Assembly: GCF_035084215.1 (NCBI RefSeq)
Contig: NC_090329.1
Location: forward strand, 35,526,001-35,590,000
Length of the DNA: 64,000 nucleotides
Direction of reading: 5' to 3'
Origin: Heptranchias perlo
Taxonomy: Eukaryota
The notes beneath the pieces were generated by a model, which searched no databases, had not been told where the DNA came from, and saw only the letters and a list, made by a program, of their open reading frames with translations. Position 1 is the stretch's first letter; every line of letters begins with the position of its first letter. Made by a program: the position numbers and the translations under genes. Shown here piece by piece: positions 36,615-48,770 of this stretch.

Positions 36615-38190
36615 ATGGGTGGTCTGGTAGGGCTGCCTTTAGGGCTGGAGGATGAGGGGGAGCAGCAAGGAAGACACCAGAGCAGGAGCAGCTGCCATAA
36701 GAGGGAGGAGGAGGAGGACACTGGGAAGGAGGCCATATCCACAGCGGGTATTCAGAGAGCATTTCTACTTCAACGCTGCTCAGGAGCAATGTATGAGGCT
36801 TCACCGAGGAAGTTGTCACCAAGATATGTCACCTGCTGCAGCCACAACTCGAGCCTCGCACCAGGGCAAGGACAGCACTGCCTGTGGCTGTCAAGGTCAC
36901 CATGACCCTCAACTTTAATTCCACTGGCTCCTTTTAGGCTGCAACAGGTGACATCAGTGACATCTCCCAGTTCGCAGTCCATCGATATATCAAGGAGGTC
37001 ACCAAGGCTCTCTACACCAGGAGAAACACCTACATCTCCTTCCCTATGGACAGAGTGAAGCAGGACAAGAGAGCATTAGGGTTTGCCCACATGGCAGGTT
37101 TCCCCGAGGCGCTGTAGACTGCACATACATTGCCTTGTGTGCTCCCTATCACCAGCCTGGCATCATTATCAATAGAAAGGGATTCCACTCCCTCAACGTA
37201 CAACTGGTTTGCAACCACAGGCAGCGCATCATTCAGGTCTGTGCCTGCTATCCAAGAAGCAGTCATAAGAAATGGAGCAGGAGTAGGCCATACGGCCCCT
37301 CGAGCCTCCTCTGCCATTCAATCAGATCATGGCTGATCCTCAACTTTAACTCCACTTTCCTGCCCGATCCCCATATCGCTTGATTCCCCTGGAGTCCAAA
37401 AATCTATCTATCTCAGCCTTGAATATACTCAACGACTCAGCATCCACTGCCCTCTGGGGTAGAGAATCTCAAAGATTCTGAGTGAAGAAATTCCTCCTCA
37501 TCTCTATCTTAAATGGCCGACCCCTTATCCTGCGACTATGCCCTCTAGTTCTAGACTCTCCAGCCAGGAGAAACAAACTCTTGGCATCGACCCTGTCAAG
37601 CCCTCTCAGAATCTTATATGTTTCAATCAGATCACCTCTCATTCATCTAAACTCCAGAGAGTTTGGGCCCATTCTACTCAAAGTCCTGGCCAGACTACCC
37701 AGTCATGGCTCTTTCATCCTGCGCCAGTCCTCTGTACCGCCTTTATTCCAACCAGGCCACCAAGTTACAGGCTGGCTATTGGGTGACAAGTGCTATCCAC
37801 TCTGGACATGGCTCATGACTCCTGTCAGAAAACCACGCACAGCTTCAAAGCACGCCTACAATGAGAGCCATGTCACCACAAGAAACATCATTGAGCAAGC
37901 AGTAGGCACGCTCAAGCAATGCTTCCGCTGCCTGAGCCGTTCCGGAGGAGCTTTGCAGTGTATTGCTGAGAAGGTATCCAGATCTGTGGTTATCTGTTGC
38001 AAGCTGCACCACTTCGCCATCATGAGGGACGAGCCTTTAACACCACCTGGGCAGCAACAACAGGAGGAGCAGGAGCAGGAAGAGGGGCAGAAGGAGGAGT
38101 GGGAAGAGGAAGAGGAGCAGGAGGTGGAGAGGCATCGACCATCAGTGCCCCTCCGTGCCAAATCTCTGAGACCAGCTCATCGAGGGGTGC
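36615..38190 (+). pseudogene. Harbinger DDE transposase (HARBI1-like), frameshifted and interrupted
   Basis: [74 protein letters not shown], acidic tail. Confidence 0.9.
37267..37699 (-). mobile_element. CR1 3' tail inserted in the transposase
   Basis: CAGTCAT duplicated at 37260-37266 and 37700-37706; removing the insert restores YPRSSH-GSFILRQS. Confidence 0.88.
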
Positions 38191-38413
38191 TTCACCTAAG
38201 CCAGCCCTCCCATCCCCAATACACCAATATTCCCTCAATCCTTACCATTGCCCTAACCACCACTATCCGATTGCCTTCCTTATGTTCAGATTTATCGTTC
38301 TTGCCCTTACTGCACAACAAAGATAAACACCAAATCCAGAACACAAAGCAAATTTCTCAATCAACTCAGTTACATCTCTATCAAAAAGTTAACAGAAAGT
38401 ATATCCTCAGTGG

Positions 38414-40053
38414 CTACAGCTCAGGAGGTAGAAGGCTGCTGAGCTTCCATTGAGGACACTTCAGAAGGCCTCGGAGAATAACCTCAAGCAGCTCTGGGCC
38501 TAGACAGCACTGGCGGAGTGTCCAGTGGGAGTGTAGCAGGTGCCTCTCCCATGGAGCCAAGGCCACTTTCCTGGGACACGCAGCACGCTGCGCAAGAACA
38601 GAGCGCAGGACTGCTGTGAAGCTTTGGAGGCCCCTATCAACGTTGGCCCACAGAGTCAAGATGGCAGCTGCCTGAGATTGCATGGCGGCAGTATGAGCTT
38701 CCAAATTGGCAGTCCGAGCTTCCATAGCAGTAATCTGAGCTTCCAAGGCAGCCGTCTGTGCTGCCGTGGAAGCTGCCAGAGCTGTTAGCAGAGGCCCCAT
38801 CATGGTGGGTGCCACTGTGTTGTTAGTGCAGCTGATCACTCGGTCCATGTTGAACAGAATGGTGTCAATGCTGTGCGCAAAGCCTTGAGATAAGTTGGAG
38901 CTGGACTCCGCCATGTTCTGCGACATTGTGCGTAAGCTCTCCGGGAGGCTGCCCAGTGCACCTGGCATTTCCCAACGTATGTCCATGAGCCTTCTTCATT
39001 CGGCTGGGTCTTCGAAGTCAGCATCTGCATCCTCTGTAGCAGAACTAATATAACGGCCTGGCTCCGGCGAGCTGGCACCTGTGGCGTCCAATCCCCCTGC
39101 CATAGCTCCTGCACATTTGTACCCGATGAGTCTCCACATGTAGACCTCTCCTCTAACCTAGCCTCTAAGGTCCGTGTAGTGCCAGTGTCTGAGCTGGTGC
39201 TTGTGAGGGTCAGATCAGGTGACGTGCATCTTCCTGAAGTCTCGCCTCCACTGGCACAGGAGCTTCCCCGTCACAGCACCTGAAATGAAAGAGAGGGACA
39301 AGGGTTAGCTTGTGGTGTAAAGGGAGAGCAGAGAGAGAGAAGTGGTGATGAAAGCATCTGCAGCTTGTTATGCAGAGTGTGCCGGGTGAGATAGAAGTCA
39401 GAAGGGTCAAAGAGGATTAGATATGAAGAAACCCTGCGTGATGTCTCCTCCAACATTGTCAGTCACCACGGCCTCGACTCTGCCTCTGCCCAGGATGGCA
39501 AGCACGCTTTCCTCGGGGTCGTAAAGGCTGTGCAGGCGGGCTCTTCCTCCTCCGTGCCAGCCTGCTACCTGGAGTTGTGTGCGGCCTTCTCTGGCAAGAA
39601 AGAAGGGAGTGTGTTAGTGAGAGTCTTGTGAGATGTTTAGAGAATATGCCTGTCATGGTTGAATAGCTGATAGTCTGTGTGTAAGGTGTGTGTTGTGGGG
39701 AAGTGAAGGTTGTAATAGTGGTGAGTGTGTGAATATGAGGAGAAGGTGAGTAGCGAGGCTGTAAGTAGTGGAGCTGTGAGCAGAAAGTAAGAGAGCAGTA
39801 TTCCTAACTTAACAACTCGAGTGAGTTCATTGAATTTCTTTCAGCATGGCAGCCATATCTTGAGTTCGAGGCTCCTGGCAATCAAATACTCTGCTATTTC
39901 TTCCCAATGACAGCAGAGTTGATGTCTGGAGGGCTTCCTTGCCCCGTGGTGGGCGGGGGAGTGGATGTCCCTCCTCCTGTCCACTGTCTGCTCCAGGGCC
40001 TCAAAGGCAGTATTGGAACATCTTGTTGCCCTGTCTGTACTTGCTTCAGCCAT
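38414..40053 (-). pseudogene. Harbinger Myb/SANT-like gene, spliced, degraded
   Basis: MAEAS..FEALEQTVDRRRD..WEEIAE..W.PC*KKFNELTRVVK; later exons near 39590-39433 and 39280-38414 with a coiled-coil-like segment. Confidence 0.8.
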
Positions 40054-41378
40054 ATGTCTCCTTCCAGATGTGTTTCCCTGGTGTCTGCAGCCAGAATGCA
40101 CCTCCCCTTTAAGAGGTGCTGGCTGCCTTTAAGTGGCGCTACAGTCGCCCGCTATCCGGCCCTCCTGCAGGCGTGCAGCCAATGAGCAACGCGGGTAGCG
40201 CTGGCTGCACGTCCGATTGATGATAACGATCAGGCAGCACGAATATGACCTGCTGCTGGAGTCAATTGTAACAGGCGCGTGCAGTGCGCGCCACGCCCCT
40301 CCCCCCTTGCCCTGCGCGCCCGATTTTGGGCGCAATTGGATTCCCAGGACATTGTCTTCTGTAGAGGAGGGGAGAGGGAAAAATGGAAATAAATAAATGC
40401 TGATTAAATAATAAATTAGTCAACAAACTAAGTTGTGGTGCAGTCAGCAGTGAAAGCAATTGAAGTTTTCAAAATGCCTTCCTGTTGATGTATATTTTAT
40501 GTATCCAGCACTCCGCTCCCCGTTTTCTATGACCCTGGTTATAAAACCGTGCAGTGTTAATGGAGATTTGATGTATCTGACCTCCCCCTTCAGAATGGAT
40601 TCATTGACTCAGAATCAGGTGCACAGGGCAAACTGACCCATACTTTCCTCATATCTAAGAGAAGCTCCTAAGTAATTATATTTGGTACATGAAGCATAAC
40701 ATGTACACAGGCCTGGCATTATACAAAGATGTCCATTGCTATTCTGGAGAGAAACCAGCTTAAAGTGAATACTTGCCATTCATTGGATTCAGGAATAGAT
40801 GCTGGCTTTGTTTCAGCCGAAGTTACTGTTGATTCCCAGGTAACTGTTCTTGGAGCGTTTCCAGCTTTCCGATGTAAATAAGGTCACAGTGCAGCAGTTA
40901 TGGACAGATTTAATGACTCGATCCACCATGCCAGCGTGTCTTTCATTTCGAGTACATCTTTATATTAAAATGCCTTTCTGAAGCAAATATAAAATAAGCA
41001 AATGATTAACAGCAATATTGTTATCAGTAAATGTTGAAAGACCTTTTGTACTTAATGATTCATGATGGCTATCAGTATGAACTTAAAAGGAGTCTTTGAA
41101 GTTTAGAAAATGCTTCAGTGTGTCAAATATACAGATTTGATTATTTTCTGCAGCCAAAAATATTTCTTAACTATAGGTAATTTACAGTAACATGCAGCAT
41201 TGCTTTCAATACCATTGATGTCAATCATTATAAAGTCTTACCACAGTCCTGAGTGTTGTATGCATGTTTTTTATAAAGCAGGTAGAATCTTGTTCAGATT
41301 ATGGATGTAATAATGTGTCCAGATTAAAATTCCACAAGGTTTGGTGCCACTTATTAATTTAGAGATATTCCTTTGCCA

Positions 41379-41760
41379 GGGGACTGGGTGGTACAGTAAC
41401 TTAGAAAATTATCCTTTCATCACTGGGACCCGGCATTTGAATCTAGTGTGGACAGATGGGATGAAAGTCTCTTTGACAGCTAAGAGCCCTTAAGTTAAAT
41501 TAATTCAGGCAGTCTGAATCCATTTCCCTGGGGGACACAGGTTCACCGTGCAAAATTGCCCATAATTTAGCACATATCAGCCAATCTCAGTTAGAGAAAC
41601 CATCAAGTATCGGAAATAGAAACGGCAGCGGTAGAGTGGGGTGAGGTACTTTCCTGAGGTGTGGAATAAGGGACACTTTTGGAAGAAAAAGCTGCTCTAA
41701 CTGATCACATCAGTGAGTGCTGATACTGGGTTTAAAGATGGAAAAATATTCCATCCCTTA
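41379..41760 (+). mobile_element. LF-SINE-like ancient SINE
   Basis: GGGGACTGGGTGG..CCTTTCATCACTGGGACC..TGAATCTAG..GAAAGTC..CAAAATTGCCCATAATTTAGCAC follows the recalled LF-SINE consensus. Confidence 0.65.
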
Positions 41761-42062
41761 GCATCATCGTCTATCAACTTAATGAGCACAAAAAAGCATC
41801 TGGAAGAAAAGAAAATAAATACTCATTCGACAGATCCTTTATTTACAAGACACGGAGATAAATTTTGGTTTCAGTTTGCTTCAGCTCATTGTGCAGGTGC
41901 AAAAATATTATTGAATGGTATCATTAATGAACCTTAGCACTGCTAATGACACTGAACACATTTAAAACTCAAAATGTTGTGCTATGGATATATAAAAGAT
42001 GTACGATCAATGATCACTGCAACTGTAATAAACTAATTAATGAACTGCTACCTGTTCTATAC

Positions 42063-43010
42063 AATCATAGAATTTTACAGCACAATTCATTTTATAATTC
42101 ATCCCCTCACGCCTTTGCTGGCTCTCTGAAAGAGTTATACACTTAGTCCTTTTCCCCTGCCCTTTCTCCATACCCTTTTTTTCCTTTTTCAAATATTTAA
42201 CCACTTCCTTTTTAACAACAACAATAACTAGCATTTATAAAGTGCCTTTAATGTAGAAAAATGTCCCATGACGCTTCACAGGAGCGTAATCAAACAAAAT
42301 TTGACATCGAGAAAGCTATTATGGATTTTGCTTTAACCATTTCTGGTAAGGCATTCCATGTCCTATTAACTCTCAGTATAAAAACATTTCTCTTAAACTT
42401 TCCCCTCCTTCTCTTGCTGATGATTGTAAATTCATGCCCTCTAGTTACCAATTCGCCAACCAGTGGTAATATTTTTTCCTATTTACCTCATAAAAAAACC
42501 CTCATAATTTTGAATACCTCTGTCAAATCTCCTCTTAGACTTCCCTGTTCTAGTGAAAAGACCTCTAGTTTTCCTAACACACGTTGTCAGCGAGCGCAGC
42601 TCTGTGTCAGGAGCATCAGCCTTTTACAGATCCTGCTGGCTGTCTTTAATTAAGCCATAACTTTCTAAGTCAGTGTTAATTTTGTCCTGTATAATAGATT
42701 CTAGATGCTTATCCACTACCAATGTTAGACTGACTGTTCTAATGTTACCAGGTTTATCCCTTTCTCCCTTCTGGAACAATGGTGGTACTCTGGCATCCCT
42801 CCAGTCATCTGACAGAACTTCTATATCCAGGAATGTTTGAAAGGTTGTGGTCAAAGCCTCTGCTATTTCCTTTCCAACTTCCATCAGCATACTTGGATGC
42901 TATTCATCTGGGCCCAGTGTCTTTCATTTAGAGTTCCATCAATTTTTTTCAATGCTACTTCTTTATCTATAATTATCCGATTTAATTGTTCCACTCCCAC
43001 TATCACACTG
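42063..43010 (-). mobile_element. Degraded CR1 fragments with a short L2-type tail inserted (about 42215-42310)
   Basis: CR1 tail ATCATAGAATTTTACAGCAC; DWRDARVPPLFQKG..PGNIRTVSLT. Confidence 0.75.
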
Positions 43011-43034
43011 TTCTGTGAAAGGAAAAGCACTCAT

Positions 43035-43872
43035 TTAGTATCTCCATCATTTTCTCTCTAATCCATTGTCTTCAGCCCCCACCACAAACTCCGTCCCCTA
43101 GCCACTGACTCCATCCCTCTCCCTGACCACTGTCTGAGGCTGAACCAGACCGTTCGCAACCTTGGCGTCCTATTTGACCCTGAGATGAGCTTCCGACCAT
43201 ATATCTGCTCCATCACCAAGACCGCCTATTTCCATCTCCGTAGCATCGTCCGTCTCTGCCGCGTCTCAGCTCATCTGCTGCTGAAACCCTCATCCATGCC
43301 TTTGTTACCTTTTGACGTAACTATTCCAATGCTCTCCCAGCCTTCTGTCTTCCACCCTCCATAAACTTAAGCTCATCCAAAACTCTGCTGCCCGTATCCA
43401 AATTGCACCAAGTACCGTTCACCCGTCACCCCTGTTTTCGGTGACCTACAGTAGCTCCCAGACCAGGAATGCCTCGATTTTAAAATTCTTATCCTTGTTT
43501 TCAAATCCCTCCATGGCCTCGCCCTTCCCTATCTCCATAACCTTCTCCAGCCCTACAATCCTCTGAAATCTCTGCGCTCCTCCAATTCTTGCCTCTTGAG
43601 CATTGCCAATTTTAATCGGTCAACCATAGGCAGCCGTGCCTTCAGCTGCCTAGGCCCTAAGCTCTGGAATTCCCTCCCTAAACCCCTCCGCGCCTCTACC
43701 TCTCTCTCCTCCTTTAAGATGTACTTTAAAACCTACCTCCTTGACCAAGGTTCTCATCACCTGTCCTAATATCTCATGTGGCTCGGTGTCAAATTTTGTT
43801 TGACGATCGTTCCTGTGAAGCACCTTGGGACATTTTACTGCATGAAAGGCGCTATATAAATGCAAGTTGTTG
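43035..43872 (+). mobile_element. L2 LINE 3' fragment
   Basis: Reverse-complement homologue of 5030-5765; ends CTATATAAATGCAAGTTGTTGT. Confidence 0.9.
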
Positions 43873-43874
43873 TA

Positions 43875-44940
43875 ATCCACCCTTTCTTCAATAATGCGTT
43901 TGCTTCTTATGTGCTCATACAATCTGATACTATTCTCCTTTATGTTGCTTGCCAGTCTTTCTTTGGCTTCCCTTCTATACACTGCTTGATTTTCTTTTGT
44001 GTTATTAGTCCTAGATCTGCCTTCTTTTTAAATCTTTTTTTAATCTTAATTTGCAAGGGTTGGTAGATGTTGCTGCACCTCCTGTACTTTTGCTGGGAAC
44101 ATATCTAGTTTGTAACTTAATCATCTCCCATTTGCATACTTTGTCCGCTGTCTTTTCCACTATTTTTTTCTTTCCATTTTACCTTCACCACCGGCGGGTG
44201 CACTGCAGCAACTCGCCAAGGCTTCTTCAACAGCATCTCCCAAACCCGCAACCTCTACCACCTAGAAGGACAAGGGCAGCAGGCACATGGGAACAACACC
44301 ACCTGCATGTTCCCCTTCAAGTCACACACCATCCCGACTTGGAAATATATCGCCGTTCCTTCATCGTCGCTGGGTCAAAATCCTGGAACTCCCTTCCTAA
44401 CAGCACTGTGGGAGAACCGTCATCACACAGACTGCAGCGGTTCAAGAAGGCAGCTCACCACCACCTTCTCAAGGGCAATTAGGGATGGGCAATAAATGCT
44501 GGCCTTGCCAGCGACGCCCACATCACATGAACGAATAAAAAAAACCTGACCTAGTTTCCTTTGCATCACATTGAAATTGGCTTTTTTCCCAGTCAAGTAC
44601 TTTTATCTTTGACCTTTCTCTCTCCTTTTCACTTTTTATATGCCCAATCATTTTTTTTTGGACACTAAGGGAATCAGGGGATATGGGAAAAGGATAGGAA
44701 ATTGGAGTTGAGGTCGAAGATCAGCCATGATCTTATTGAATGGCAGAGCAGGTGCAAGGGGCCATATGGCCTACTCCTGCTCCAATTTCTTACATTCTTA
44801 TAGCCACTGTTTCCTACATGACCCCTACTTTTACATTATCTATTTGTCCTAGTTCATTTCCTCAAACTATATTCAGCATTGCCTGCTTATATGTATCCAC
44901 CTCTGTTTAAATATGAACAAGATTACAAACAATGATTTTG
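43875..44940 (-). mobile_element. Old CR1 fragment with nested Zenon-like 3' end (plus, about 44184-44544) and CR1 tail (plus, about 44651-44800)
   Basis: LASNIKEN remnant; ACCT on both sides of the Zenon-like insert. Confidence 0.75.
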
Positions 44941-45457
44941 CATTTAATACAATGGGCATGATTTTAACTTTGGTGGGTTGGGGGCAAACAAAATCGGGCA
45001 TTTCCAGAGTGGGAAGGAATCCCGGCTCCAACCCGCCGAGAAACGCACACGACCCAGACCCATCTGGGTGCCCACGGTTCAGGAACCCGGAGGTCCTGCC
45101 GGCTTTCGATATTTAAACCACGAATTGAACTACTTAAAGTACTTGAAATCTTCATTGATATAGTTAATCATGCTGGGAAATGATTTCAACGCTGCCTCAT
45201 CATCTTTCCCATGCTGTGTGAAGCACGCCATGGGAAACTAGGCGGATTGCAGCCGGCAGCCATTTGGACATTTAAATCCCTGTTTGACAGATGAGGATAA
45301 AAGGTGAGTAATTGCAGCAAGACACTCAATTCTCTCAGACAAGCTTTTGGCTGGGAGTTCTTTGTATTAGGACTGAAAATTCTTGGTTCACACAAGAATT
45401 GTTCTGTTTACACATATTTACCTACTTTTTGGATCCCCTCAAACTGACAACATCAGG

Positions 45458-46580
45458 ATGGCAGGTGCCAGGCACAGCGTGCACTTCCGCCACTTGCAGC
45501 TCCACAGCATAGAGGATCTACATAAGAGCAGAGAGGGGATAACAAAGTGACCGATGTCGCAGGAGGCACTACTCTTGTAAGAGGGTCTCCAGCCCGAGGC
45601 TCAGCTTCCTGGACCTCTCTGAGGAGCAGTGCATACAGAGGCTGAGAGTGAGTCACCAGGTGGTCGCAGACATCTACAGCCTCCTTCATACTGAACTGTT
45701 CCCGGCTGGGTCTGGTGGCATCGCATTGCCCGTGGCAGTTAAAGTCACCACTGCTCTCAACTTCTTTGCCTCCGGAGCATTCCAGGGTGCCACTAGGGAC
45801 ATCGCCGGGGTCTCTCAGTCGTCTGCCCACAAGTGCGTGAGACAGGTTACCGATGGATTGTTTTGCAGGGCGTCCCACTACATCAACTTCCCCATGGACG
45901 ACCTCAGCCAGATGGAGAGGGCAGTGGGATTCCACTCTGTGGCTGGCTTCCCACGGGTACAAGGTGCAATTGTTTGTGACCACCGCAAAAGATTTCTTCA
46001 CGTGTGTGCCTGATTCCCTGGCAGTTGCCACGATTCCTTCATTCTGAGGGCACCCAACATCCCGCCCCTCATCCACGCACCAAACACCCTCAAGGGCTCG
46101 CTCCTCAGAGACAAGGGATACCCCCTGCATTTCACTTTTTACATGCCTAGTCATTTTTTTTGGACACTAAGGGAATCAAGGGATATGGGGAAAGGATAGG
46201 AAATTGGAGTTGAGGTCGAAGATCAGCCATGATATTATTGAATGGCAGAGCAGGTTCGAGGGGCCGTAAGGGATGCCCCCAGGCTCATGACACCTGTGAG
46301 AAACCCCATCAGCGAGGCACAGCATTGATACAACGATAGTTACATCGCCACCAGGTCTGTCATTGAACATGAGATAGGACTGCTGAAGATGCGATTTCAG
46401 TGCCTGGATCGGTCTCGGGGAGTGCTTCAATACACATCAGCGAGAGTGGGTAGGATTACAGTCGTCTGTTATGTCCTGCACAACATGGCACAACAGAGAC
46501 GGTTATCGATTGATGAGGCCTCACATCCTCATCTAGCATCCACATCTGCCATCAACATTGAGGAGGATTCTCATAAGGAC
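45458..46580 (+). pseudogene. Harbinger transposase, deleted and interrupted
   Basis: ALPVAVKVTTALNFFASGAFQ, GFPRVQGAI (then a deletion to VCDH), DKGYP, LLKMRFQCL, VLHNMA. Confidence 0.9.
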
Positions 46581-46773
46581 ATCTGCAAAGTGAGGATAGT
46601 CCAGTCTTCAGACCACCTGGAAAGAGCAGCGCCAATACCAGTGCCCCTCCCTGCCCCCCGCGCAAAACAGTCCTTCAACTACACACATACCCTCTGTGAA
46701 CGCACCCACTGGGTGGCATCAAGTCTCGCTGTTCATGATGAAGCACATGAAAGGGCCCTATCACAAAAGGCAG

Positions 46774-48770
46774 TCAAGATTGGCAAGATGTGGCAGTAGT
46801 GGTGAGAATGCTAACATTTAATGTGAATTTAACAAAAACCAAATATAAATGAAAAACATGACAGTCTGTCAGACACCCTTGTGCACACCCTTCGTGATCA
46901 CAAAACCTTGGCCTTTTGCTTCCTACTACTTCTACGTGGTGCATACCTTGAGGCTGTAGCAGAGGTCGTGGCAGGTTGCTCATGTTCATGCCCTGACTGT
47001 TGAGATGCTTTTGGCCTACGCCCTCTGGGTTTTGGAGCCCGTGAGGGCCCCTCCAAAGACTGCTCCACCTGCACCTGTGCTGGGGCTGACTTGGCCACCT
47101 GGAGAGGAGGCAGCATTGCGGGTACTGGTTGCGGGTAGCGGGCAACGGGTGAGACATGGGAGTGCTTTGAGTGGTGTCCTCACTTCCATGTCCCCTTTCG
47201 CCATCATCCATCTCCTGGGCCAAGCCCATATCACTCCAACCACCCTGCGGGGCAACAGTTTGGAGGACATGTGTGATGCTTTGGAAGCCCATTTGTAAAG
47301 TTTCTGTCTGCCTGTTTAAGGCGACAGAATGTTGTAAACCCTGAGTGCGAACGGCCATTGTCAGGGCCTGAGTGGACTCATTAGTGAGGCATGCTTGAAG
47401 CTCAATGAAGGCTAGCCTTCTCTCCATCGCAGACACTTCCGCAATTATCTGCAACACTCTCTCAGGCATTCCCGCACATACCTGTGCCACCAGTCCACTA
47501 ATGCAGGAGATGGACTCCTCCATCCTCTGCACGATTGTGGAGAGTGTGCGTGGCACCTGTTCCAGTACCTTGCAAACGTGCTGCTGTCCCTCGATCATTC
47601 TCCTTTTAAAGGATGGCCCCCAGGGTTCAGCATCTGTGTCCAGCTGATCAGAGCCTGGAGAGAAGTGCTCCCACCGACGTAGACTCTCCACAGCTGCCCC
47701 TACCACCAGTGTCTGCTCGTGCCCACTTGTGTGTGGTGACTCACAAGGTACCAACCCAACTAATTCACTACTGGGACCCACCGAGGTGTGAGTATCTGCG
47801 CTGGTGGATGGCTCACCAAGATGTGACGGTGCACCCTCACTGGCCGGGAGCTCCTCTGAGGAATTGCCCTCTGCCTTCACTGCAGTCGCTGAAGGGCCTG
47901 GAATAGAACAGAAGGCAATATTAAGCATCATCACAGATGTGTCATGTTGCGATGAGCATACTGAGGTGTTCAACATGCCAATCATTGTTAACATCAATTC
48001 ATGTTGTGTGTGATGAATGTTAAAGTTGTGTCACTGGACGTTTGTGGGGTGCCAGTCTCAGCGTCCCCGACGGACAAGCACTCGAGTGGACGGCTGATCT
48101 GCAGGGTCTCCTCCTCCGCCTCTGTGAGGACCACTATTTGTTGTGGCCCCCCTCCAGTCCTCGCCCTCTCCCATGCCTTTCGCGCTCTCTTCTCCTACAA
48201 GGAGAGAAAGTACAAACGTATGAGTGAGTAAGGGTGAAGTGGCCAGCCGATGAACGCATTGCTTTGGGTGAGGCTGACCGTGAAAGAGGTACATTAGAGG
48301 GTGAGTATCAGACAGAGACATCACATTGGATCAGGATTGGGGTGAGTGATAGCGGTGGGTTCACAAATGGGGAGGTGAGGAAGTGCTCAGGAAGGGAAAG
48401 TAAGTTGAGGATGAGCCTTAAATGGGTGTGAGCAGTGATGTGATAGAGTAGTCTTGGCAGTGCAGAATGATGTGGGGGGGAGGGGGTGATGTGCAACACG
48501 GAATGTGGAAGAATCAGTAAGTGTACTCACTTTTGCTGACCTGGTTAGATCATTGAGGCGCTTCCTACACTGGATCCGGGTGCGGGAGATGTTGCTGCTG
48601 CTGGTCACCTCCTCTGCCACCTCAAGCCAGGCCTTCTTGGTGGCAGAGGCAGGGCGCCTCCTCCTGTCGGCCGGGTAAAATAGTTCCCTCCTCCTCTTCA
48701 TCCTGACCAGCAGCACCTCAAGTGAGGCGTCGCTGAATCTTGGAGCTGGCTTGCCCCTGTGCTGCTCCAT
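46774..48770 (-). CDS. Harbinger Myb/SANT-like gene, 3 exons (48770-48531, 48194-48035, 47897-46774)
   Basis: MEQHRGKPAPRFSDASLEVLL..KKAWLEVAEEV..RTRIQCRKRLNDLTRSAK; GT-AG introns in compatible phases (0, then 1). The spliced frame is open for 507 aa by manual count, probably with a late frameshift near 47140. Confidence 0.75.

Larger units (their letters stand above)
36125..40350. mobile_element. PIF/Harbinger DNA transposon, two convergent genes, defective
   Basis: TIRs GTCCTAGAAATTC / GGATTCCCAGGAC (10/13 match); flanks AAT/ATT; splits an AmnSINE2-like copy. Confidence 0.88.

Noticed and set aside
36615-38190. Host HARBI1 gene
   Set aside because: Frameshifted, interrupted, flanked by TIRs and paired with a Myb gene, so it is a transposon copy and not the domesticated gene.
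37482-38453. 323-aa ORF as a novel fusion protein
   Set aside because: Antisense CR1 tail reading by chance into the transposase C-terminal half; starts at GTG.
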